Shown here: positions 55,547 to 64,000 of the stretch, one piece after another
Layout of the letters: each line of letters begins with the position of its first letter
How positions within the stretch are numbered: position 1 is the stretch's first letter
From: Naegleria gruberi
Lineage: Eukaryota
Reading direction: 5' to 3' (one strand)
Length of the DNA stretch: 64,000 nucleotides
Assembly: GCA_000004985.1 (NCBI GenBank)
Contig: GG738858.1
Made by a program: the position numbers and the translations under genes
Notes under the pieces: generated by a model
The model's database searches: none
The model's input: the letters and a program-made list of their open reading frames with translations, nothing else
What the model was told of the DNA's origin: nothing

Positions 55547-57155
55547 GAAATCACTCTTGAAATATGAATTGTACTATAATGTGCGAGTAACATACTGGTG
55601 TTGGAATTATTCAATAACTCTACGAAATGACTGAGATGGAACGTAAACTTTCTTCTAAGGTAAGTTAGGGGAATTTAAGATACTGAGCCATCAATGTGAA
55701 ACTTTCTCAGATTGTTCTCCTCATCTAGAGGAGTGTATTCATATTTGACACTTGTTTGATATTTTGTAAAATGAATGAGATGGAGTATATTCTATATGTT
55801 GAAATATGACAATTTGACAGATTGTTATTATTATCATATTGAATTCAATTCTAAAACATTAAAATTGATTCCAGTTGTATAACAGTGTGACTAAATGTAT
55901 CTGGTAAAGTTACATGATGGTTGGATGTACTTTCGCTGAGATAGAGCGTACACTTGGATATAATCAATCTTGACATTGAACATTTACTGATTGACTGAAT
56001 GAAAGTATCATGAATTGTTTCTAAACTTGTATAGATGTATATAAATGGTGTACAGAATGTGTAGTATCAATACTAGACTAATTTCATATAAAATAAGTGA
56101 TTTGGAGCATAATCTTTGATTTTATGTCAAAGTTCTATAGTAAAATGATAGAGTTGTACTCAATATCTACTGAGCCAATATTCATGAAATTGATACAACA
56201 TACTAATTAGAGTGTCTACATATCATGATATTAATTTCAGTGAAAATGGAGTTGTTTCTATATCCTTCAGATTTCCAGCCATTCCATTGAATTACCACCA
56301 TGTACTATCTAACGGATGCATTTCTTGAAATGAAATTATATAATTTGAAGAAAGTCCACTTTATTTGAGATGTGGAACTCGATATTATCATTTATTTTGA
56401 GATTAGTAATTTTTCCTATAGTAGCACCCTTAATTGTCTTAATTGACCAAAAGAGGTCAAGGAGAGATTTCAACACATAAAATAAATTATATTTTCGAGA
56501 TGTACTATTGATTTACAATCGATTGATATGTATTTTGTAGATTGAGGATGTGGTTCTCTATATTCAAGATTTCCTCCTGATCTTCCAAGACAACCTTGAA
56601 ATATCACCCTTTGCCTTATTGAAAGATAGAATGTTCACCAAACTGTCTGAAAATTGAACCATATACATTAGTAGAGATGTATAACATGATGGCAAAGTTT
56701 CATAAAGTGGTCATTTTCCAGAAATTCATCCGTGTCCATAGTTTATCAGATGGCATGTTAGAGTTGAAATCGTGAATATAATAGTTAAAATAAACTTAAT
56801 ATTCTATCTCTACTCATCGAATGGAGCATTTTCATGTATATATTGTTGGTTGAAGAGATGTATTTGATAGAGTTGGTCTGACTTGTCTTTCTCTAAAGTC
56901 AACCATAATATTTCAACATTTACCTTCCCATGATACCATTTCTGATTTTTATGATATGAAATTGAATTCTACATCATAAAATATCATCTAAATGATGTTG
57001 GTAAAGTTTCAATAGGTGGTCCTTTTTCAAGATTTCATCCTGTTCATCATAGTTGACAGTATGATGGTTGAGGGAAGAAATCTTTAAATATGAAAGTTAA
57101 AATAAATTTGATATTCGATGTATACTCATCAAATGGAACATTTTCATGTCAGGAT
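55547..57155. repeat. subtelomeric segmental duplication, unit 2; it ends abruptly in an interstitial GGGTTT tract
   Basis: See unit 1. Unit 2 terminates at ..cattttcatgtcagga followed by tgggtttgggtttgggtttgggta. Confidence 0.7.
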
Positions 57156-57176
57156 GGGTTTGGGTTTGGGTTTGGG
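57156..57176 (+). repeat. interstitial telomeric repeat (GGGTTT)x3.5
   Basis: gggtttgggtttgggtttggg read directly from the sequence. Confidence 0.8.
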
Positions 57177-58330
57177 TATGGCGAAAACCCATTACCATTT
57201 TATTAATGGACAATATTGAAAACTTGGATCTTATATATGTTAATCAGGGTACAATTTTATCGACAAACTGTTATATGCTAATAAAAACTCAAAGTGGTTC
57301 TAGAGATAATAGGTACTCGATGAAAAAAAAGTTAGGTTTTCTTCGCATATCTCAATAACTAGGAATATCTGAAATACCATCTACACATAATCAATAGATC
57401 AATATATGAGTTGACTAAATCCGGTGAAACATTTAAAAAATAGTCGGAGGCCAAAAAGTTATAAGGCATTGCCTAAAATATTAAGGTATTTACCCTAGTA
57501 GGTCTAAAATTTCAAAGTTGAGTTGGATTGTAAATTTTTATATATTGTAGATATATGTATGAATAGATGATATTTTGAATTAATCATGTTAAATCGGTAT
57601 ATATATAAAGTTACATCTTGTCTAAAAATCAACTTTTCAACATTTATTGTACTATAACACGAATGTTATTAGAATCATCACCAATCTCATATATATGATG
57701 TATATTGATGATATCCACCGTGTAGAAGTGTTTGAAGTATAATATATGATATCCTTAGTATACTGTACTCATTCTACCTTAATTGACCAAGATATTGAGC
57801 CATACTATGGAAACACTATAACATTCAATCAAACTTATAGATATTGTAGTAAATATCAAATATAATCATATATAATTGAAATAATTATTATTGGATCCAT
57901 ATTCAGACTGTAGGAAGTCAACTTGTGTGGAATTGACAATATTGGTTATTGAAGGATGAATATCTTACATGACTTAATTCCACTCATTGACACATGTCTA
58001 ATTATCATATTTTATGATATGTAATTGAAATAATTGAAATCTATCATATATATAGGGAGATAACCAATTAGGATGAAAGTAGGGGAAATTAAGCTCACTA
58101 TTTACCAGGTAAACACTTTCAATAGGGACCTATATATTTTATTTGATAATATCGTTTAACTATGCATTTTATCGATAAATACCTCGTTTCATGATGTAAT
58201 ATTCTATATTTCCAATTTGGGAAATGTTGCAATGTCAATTCTCAATAGAAATATTTCCATAATACCAATTATTGATTATGTATCATGAAACTGATATTAT
58301 AGACTCTAATTGATGTATATATGAATACAT
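57177..58330. repeat. telomere-associated sequence (TAS) repeat, copy 1 (other copies at 61172-61690 partial, and 62636-63783)
   Basis: Colinear identity of about 90% with 62636-63783 (e.g. tatggaaacactataacattcaat.aaac...gggagataaccaattaggatgaaagt.ggggaaatta.gctcact). Copy 1 diverges after ..gactctaattgatgt. Confidence 0.7.
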
Positions 58331-59871
58331 AATTGAAATATATCAATTTTGACATTTCTTAATGACATGGATAGTTCACTAAGGTAGTAACTTTGTCATA
58401 TGACAACTATCTAAGATGATATTGAAATCATTCCAAAACTGATAATATGAGAGTATATGATGATTATAACACGATATCAATGAATTGGTATTGATTTTAA
58501 ACATTGTTGACATGTAGGAATGTTACCTTTGATCAATTGGACCAGTAACTTGACAGATATCCCATTTATATAGATATTGATTTCTATCACTCAGAAACGT
58601 TACCAATATCATTTATAAGAGTAGTGGTATGATATTCTATCTTTTTGCACATCTTGATATTGACTTGTCATATTGTCATGAGTAGTCACCGACATGGCTA
58701 AATGACATGAATATTGAATGATGTCCAAATGATTTGAAATTGATAGTAACCTCATTATATGATGTTATTAACATATTGTATCAATTTGGTAATGAATCTC
58801 ATTGTCCTTAGGGTACTTTCCTATTGAGGTACCTTAATTGACTATCTCAATATTTAATATGAGATATGATATTTATTTCAATTCCACCATGTTGTATATG
58901 TAATTTGAAGCATTTTGATATAAGTTTTGATATATAATTATGATTTATTAGACATTATATATAGCATGTCTTAGTTTTACAAATTTGACTTTGAGATTCC
59001 CTAATTGACCATATATATATGTCCAATTGGTGAAACTAATATCAATCGACTAGATTTTCAATTGTGAACACAGTGGTATCAATAGTTATATGATTCATGA
59101 TAGTTTAAAATTGACTTGGTCATCTAAGGATAGGTCATTAAGGTTTGAATGAATTGATATGAAAATCAATACCAATTATTGAAATACCATTATTAATTGA
59201 TCTATATATGATATTGTAATTGAAAGATTTTAAAATTAATATGATTTCACTATCTTGACATTTATTATTCTCATGATTACACTCCTGACAGGTTGAATGA
59301 TTTCAAATTGTCATGAAACTGATGCAGTAGTGTTTATTCACCATTAGTAAGGTAATGTATCAATTATATGATGATCTGTATAGTAGATGTCATTGTCACA
59401 TCCCTGTATGTATCAAGTGGATCAGCCATGTACCATGTATGATATGGATGAATGTCAAAATGATATTAATGTATTTAATTATCATGTATATATGTATTGG
59501 AAGTGAATTGAAGTGGTATAGATTTCTATCTTCAATGTTAGTATAGGTCAGTTGACAAGTTGAATAGTATATTTCTTGAAATGATACCAAAGTATTTGAA
59601 ATTGATATATTTTGTTATTGACATGATTTATAAGATGATATATTGATTTGAAATGATTTTGAAATGTTTTCATTGATATTCTAATTGTCTAATCTATTAT
59701 ATGAAATAAACTTATATAAGTCATTATAATGATGTAATATTATGTTATAATATGATTATATATTCAATTTGGAGTATATTGATATATAATATATTGATTT
59801 ATAATGAGTATTTATTGAGATAATTAATTAAGATGAATAAAAGTCAAAATGTTGGGTCTGACCTTAGTCGT

Positions 59872-60175
59872 GGGTTTGGGTTTGGGTTGGGTTTGGGTTT
59901 GGGTTTGGGTTTGGGTTTGGGTTTGGGTTTGGGTTTGGGTTTGGGTTTGGGTTTGGGTTTGGGTTTGGGTTTGGGTTTGGGTTTGGGTTTGGGTTTGGGT
60001 TTGGGTTTGGGTTTGGGTTTGGGTTTGGGTTTGGGTTTGGGTTTGGGTTTGGGTTTGGGTTTGGGTTTGGGTTTGGGTTTGGGTTTGGGTTTGGGTTTGG
60101 GTTTGGGTTTGGGTTTGGGTTTGGGGTTGGGTTTGGGTTTGGGTTTGGGTTTGGGTTTGGGTTTGGGTTTGGGTT
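59872..60175 (+). repeat. (GGGTTT)n telomere-type tract (about 50 units), truncated by assembly gap
   Basis: Perfect gggttt hexamers with 2 variants. It runs into N at 60176. Confidence 0.85.
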
Positions 60176-61171
60176 NNNNNNNNNNNNNNNNNNNNNNNNN
60201 NNNNNNNNNNNNNNNNNNNNNNNNNNNNNNNNNNNNNNNNNNNNNNNNNNNNNNNNNNNNNNNNNNNNNNNNNNNNNNNNNNNNNNNNNNNNNNNNNNNN
60301 NNNNNNNNNNNNNNNNNNNNNNNNNNNNNNNNNNNNNNNNNNNNNNNNNNNNNNNNNNNNNNNNNNNNNNNNNNNNNNNNNNNNNNNNNNNNNNNNNNNN
60401 NNNNNNNNNNNNNNNNNNNNNNNNNNNNNNNNNNNNNNNNNNNNNNNNNNNNNNNNNNNNNNNNNNNNNNNNNNNNNNNNNNNNNNNNNNNNNNNNNNNN
60501 NNNNNNNNNNNNNNNNNNNNNNNNNNNNNNNNNNNNNNNNNNNNNNNNNNNNNNNNNNNNNNNNNNNNNNNNNNNNNNNNNNNNNNNNNNNNNNNNNNNN
60601 NNNNNNNNNNNNNNNNNNNNNNNNNNNNNNNNNNNNNNNNNNNNNNNNNNNNNNNNNNNNNNNNNNNNNNNNNNNNNNNNNNNNNNNNNNNNNNNNNNNN
60701 NNNNNNNNNNNNNNNNNNNNNNNNNNNNNNNNNNNNNNNNNNNNNNNNNNNNNNNNNNNNNNNNNNNNNNNNNNNNNNNNNNNNNNNNNNNNNNNNNNNN
60801 NNNNNNNNNNNNNNNNNNNNNNNNNNNNNNNNNNNNNNNNNNNNNNNNNNNNNNNNNNNNNNNNNNNNNNNNNNNNNNNNNNNNNNNNNNNNNNNNNNNN
60901 NNNNNNNNNNNNNNNNNNNNNNNNNNNNNNNNNNNNNNNNNNNNNNNNNNNNNNNNNNNNNNNNNNNNNNNNNNNNNNNNNNNNNNNNNNNNNNNNNNNN
61001 NNNNNNNNNNNNNNNNNNNNNNNNNNNNNNNNNNNNNNNNNNNNNNNNNNNNNNNNNNNNNNNNNNNNNNNNNNNNNNNNNNNNNNNNNNNNNNNNNNNN
61101 NNNNNNNNNNNNNNNNNNNNNNNNNNNNNNNNNNNNNNNNNNNNNNNNNNNNNNNNNNNNNNNNNNNNNNN
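60176..61171. other. assembly gap (996 N)
   Basis: Run of n. Confidence 0.95.
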
Positions 61172-61690
61172 TATGGAAACACTATAACATTCAATCAAAC
61201 TCATTAATATAGTAGCAAATACCAATGATAATCATATATAATTGAAATAATCATGTTTGGAACCATATTCAGACTTGCGGAAGTCAACTTGTGTGAAATT
61301 GACAATATTTGTAATAGAAGGATGAATATCTTACATGACTTAATCCCACTGATTGATACATGTCTAATTATCATATTTTATGATATGTAATTGGAATAAT
61401 TGAAATTTATCATATATATAGGGAGATAACCAATTAGGATGAAAGTTGGGGAAATTACGCTCACTATTTACCAGGTAAACATTTTCAATAGGGACCTATA
61501 TATTTTATTTGATAATATCGTATATCTATGTATTTTATCGACATATAATTGGTTTCATGATTTTATTTTCTATATTTCCAATTTGGGAAATGTTGCAATG
61601 TCTAATCTCAATTGAAATATGGCCATAATACCAATTATTGATTATACATCATGAAACTGATATTATAGACTCTAATTGATGTTAATAGGG
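61172..61690. repeat. TAS repeat, copy 2 (partial, begins at gap)
   Basis: About 95% identical to 63265-63783. It ends with ..gactctaattgatgttaata followed by gggtttgggggttttggggtttgggtttgggtta. Confidence 0.7.
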
Positions 61691-61804
61691 TTTGGGGGTT
61701 TTGGGGTTTGGGTTTGGGTTAGACGAAAACCCATCGACGACTAACGAACGGCCAATATTGAGTATCTGAATTTCATATATGTCATTCAAATATAAATAAA
61801 AAGC

Positions 61805-62235
61805 TTTGGGTTTGTGGGGGGGTTGGGTTTGGGTTTGGGTTTGGGTTTGGGTTTGGGTTTGGGTTTGGGTTTGGGTTTGGGTTTGGGTTTGGGTTTGGGT
61901 TTGGGTTTGGGTTTGGGTTTGGGTTTGGGTTTGGGTTTGGGTTTGGGTTTGGGTTTGGGTTTGGGTTTGGGTTTGGGTTTGGGTTTGGGTTTGGGTTTGG
62001 GTTTGGGTTTGGGTTTGGGTTTGGGTTTGGGTTTGGGTTTGGGTTTGGGTTTGGGTTTGGGTTTGGGTTTGGGTTTGGGTTGGGTTTGGGTTTGGGTTTG
62101 GGTTTGGGTTTGGGTTTGGGTTTGGGTTTGGGTTTGGGTTTGGGTTTGGGTTTGGGTTTGGGTTTGGGTTTGGGTTTGGGTTTGGGTTTGGGTTTGGGTT
62201 TGGGTTTGGGTTTTGGGTTTGGGTCTGGGTTTGGA
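61805..62235 (+). repeat. (GGGTTT)n telomere-type tract (about 70 units), truncated by assembly gap
   Basis: Perfect hexamers after a degenerate start (gggtttgtgggggggttggg). Confidence 0.85.
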
Positions 62236-62285
62236 NNNNNNNNNNNNNNNNNNNNNNNNNNNNNNNNNNNNNNNNNNNNNNNNNN
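62236..62285. other. assembly gap (50 N)
   Basis: Run of n. Confidence 0.95.
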
Positions 62286-62618
62286 ATGATTGGAATAAAT
62301 TTCACTGAGATGGAGTGTTCACTAGGATATATATAATTTTGATATTGAACATTTACTGATTAATTTTATGAAAATAGTTTGAAATGTTTCTTAACTATTG
62401 TAGATGTATATTAATTGATATATAGACTATGTGGTATCAATTCTAGACTTATTATATGTAAAATGAGTGAGTTGGAGTATAATCTATGATATTATGTAAA
62501 ATGTCTATAGTAAATTGATAGAGTTGACATCTCGACATCTACTGAACCAATATTCATGAAATTGATACCACATACTAATTAGAGTGTCTACATACCATGA
62601 TATCAATTTCAGTGAAAT

Positions 62619-62634
62619 TGGGTTTGGGTTTGGG
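62619..62634 (+). repeat. interstitial telomeric repeat (GGGTTT)x2.5 capping a truncated copy of the segmental-duplication unit
   Basis: ..tcaatttcagtgaaatt|gggtttgggtttggg|agactgtagggtaaatccattaccc. The sequence before it matches 54150-54175 and 56230-56256 of the duplicated unit. Confidence 0.75.
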
Positions 62635-62635
62635 A

Positions 62636-63783
62636 GACTGTAGGGTAAATCCATTACCCAAATTTAGTTGTCCAATTGTTGCAAATTGACTTTTACCAAT
62701 ATCATACTAGACGTTGTACACTATATAATAAAAAAGAAATGGAATTTTAATTCACTGTACTTATTCAGAAAATCAACTCTGAAAACTAGTGCTTAACTTT
62801 TATTTTTCATTTCCTAGTAACGAGTATGACTTGGAACACAATCATTTCAAGTATGACAGATACACATATGAGTTGACTATAATCACAAAAATATTTGAAA
62901 AATATAAAGTCTAGAAAAAGTTATAAGGCACTGCTTAAAACATAAAGATTTTTACCCTGTTGGGTCTGAAATTTCAAAGTTGAGTTGGAATGTAAATTTG
63001 ACTATATTGTAGATATATAGATGAATAGATGATATTATGAATTAATCATGTTGAATCGGTATATGTAAAAATTACAACTTGTCTAATAATTAACTTTTCA
63101 ACATTTATTGTACTATAATATGAATATTATTATAATCATCATCAATCTCATATATATGATGTATAATGATGATATCTACCTTGTAGAATTGTTGGAAGTA
63201 TAATATATATTATCCTTAGTATACTGTACTCATTCTACCTTAATTGACCAAGATATTGAGCCATACTATGGAAACACTATAACATTCAATAAAACTCATT
63301 AACATAGTAGCAAATACCAATGATAATCATATATAATTGAAATAATCATGTTTGGAACCATATTCAGACTTGTGGAAGTCAACTTGTGTGAAATTGACAA
63401 TATTTGTAATAGAAGGATGAATATCTTACATGACTTAATTCCACTCATTGATACATGTCTAATTATCATGTTTTATGATATGTAATTGAAATAATTGAAA
63501 TTTATCATATATATAGGGAGATAATCAATTAGGATGAAAGTTGGGGAAATTACGCTCACTTTTTACCAGGTAAACACTTTCAATAGGGACCCATATATTT
63601 TATTTGATAATATCGTATATCTATGTATTTTATCGACATATAATTGGTTTCATGATTTTATATTCTATATTTCCAATTTGGGAAATGTTGCAATGTCTAA
63701 TCTCAATTGAAATATGGCCATGATATCAATTGTTGATTATACATCATGAAACCTGATATTCTAGACTCTAATTGATGTTAATA
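62636..63783. repeat. TAS repeat, copy 3 (full length), immediately proximal to terminal telomere tract
   Basis: See copies 1 and 2. Confidence 0.7.
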
Positions 63784-64000
63784 GGGTTTGGGGGTTTTGG
63801 GGTTTGGGTTTGGGTTAGGTTTTGGGTTTGGGTTTGGGTTTGGGTTTGGGTTTGGGTTTGGGTTTGGGTTTGGGTTTGGGTTTGGGTTTGGGTTTGGGTT
63901 TGGGTTTGGGTTTGGGTTTGGGTTTGGGTTTGGGTTTGGGTTTGGGTTTGGGTTTGGGTTTGGGTTTGGGTTTGGGTTTGGGTTTGGGTTTGGGTTCGGG
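63784..64000 (+). repeat. terminal (GGGTTT)n telomere tract with G-rich strand 5'->3' toward window end (chromosome end to the right)
   Basis: gggtttgggggttttggggtttgggtttgggttaggttttggg, then perfect gggttt to the last base. Confidence 0.8.

Noticed and set aside
59824-61225. Four long track ORFs (about 450 aa, both strands) translating to poly-GL/WV/TQ/NP and runs of X
   Set aside because: They are translations of the (GGGTTT)n tract and the 996-N assembly gap. There is no stop codon in the repeat in any frame. Not genes.
61682-62336. Track ORFs of 164-207 aa with [16 protein letters not shown] repeats
   Set aside because: Same artefact over the second telomere tract and the 50-N gap.
59872-64000. 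CRISPR array or minisatellite interpretation of the regular 6-bp repeats
   Set aside because: There are no spacers. The unit is a telomere-type hexamer in a eukaryotic context. The genome is eukaryotic (spliceosomal introns, 5S and tRNA Pol III genes, actin/tubulin).
1-64000. Ciliate macronuclear origin suggested by the G/T-only telomere repeat
   Set aside because: Long ORFs (up to 1919 codons) are closed by TAA/TAG/TGA under the standard code, and TAA/TAG are not used internally. The introns of 44-144 nt are unlike the 15-30-nt ciliate introns.

Overview
This window is eukaryotic nuclear DNA, about 30% GC, from an intron-poor protist genome. The left 51 kb is gene-dense euchromatin and the right 12 kb is a repeat-rich subtelomere ending in a (GGGTTT)n tract, so the chromosome end is at the right. 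I cannot assign the organism; short GTAAGT...AG introns and the gene content look like an amoebozoan or social-amoeba-like protist, but this is tentative. All protein-domain, family and identity statements below are readings by eye from the translations; no alignment or profile search was run.

The supplied ORF track uses GTG/TTG as alternative starts shown as 'M', and it translates N runs, so I re-set starts to the first in-frame ATG where that mattered.

The introns I could place by eye are 44-106 nt with GTAAGT, GTGAGT or GTTTGT donors and AG acceptors.

Main contents:
- **RNA genes.** Two dispersed 5S rRNA genes share a conserved upstream element of about 85 bp, and each lies just 3' of an actin-family gene. 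There are three tRNA genes: Asp-GUC, His-GUG and initiator Met.
- **Cytoskeletal/ubiquitin paralogs.** One intact actin paralog; a second, disrupted actin-like locus; a ubiquitin-like gene built from ubiquitin residues 1-49 fused to residues 5-76 plus a tail; and a very divergent alpha-tubulin-like gene.
- **Enzymes.** An RNA-ligase-2-family (Rnl2) enzyme, glutaredoxin (2 exons), a cytidine/deoxycytidylate-type deaminase, a mitochondrial carrier (2 exons), a GNAT acetyltransferase, and a 7-exon major facilitator superfamily (MFS) transporter of the synaptic-vesicle-protein SV2/SVOP type.
- **Signalling/surface proteins.** A 1919-aa protein combining B-lectin, about 20 EGF-like repeats, a GPCR proteolysis site (GPS), seven transmembrane helices and a C-terminal RGS domain; two inverted two-transmembrane (2TM)-RGS paralogs flanking a 3-exon membrane-anchored subtilase; an F-box/LRR protein; an N-myristoylated pseudokinase with DUF4116-like and Sel1 repeats; a receptor kinase with a parallel beta-helix ectodomain (46-nt intron); and an RCC1-like protein.
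- **Subtelomere.** Nested segmental duplications, a telomere-associated repeat in three copies, several interstitial (GGGTTT)n tracts with a recurring inverted-repeat junction, and two N-gaps.

No mobile-element ORFs and no CRISPR arrays were seen.
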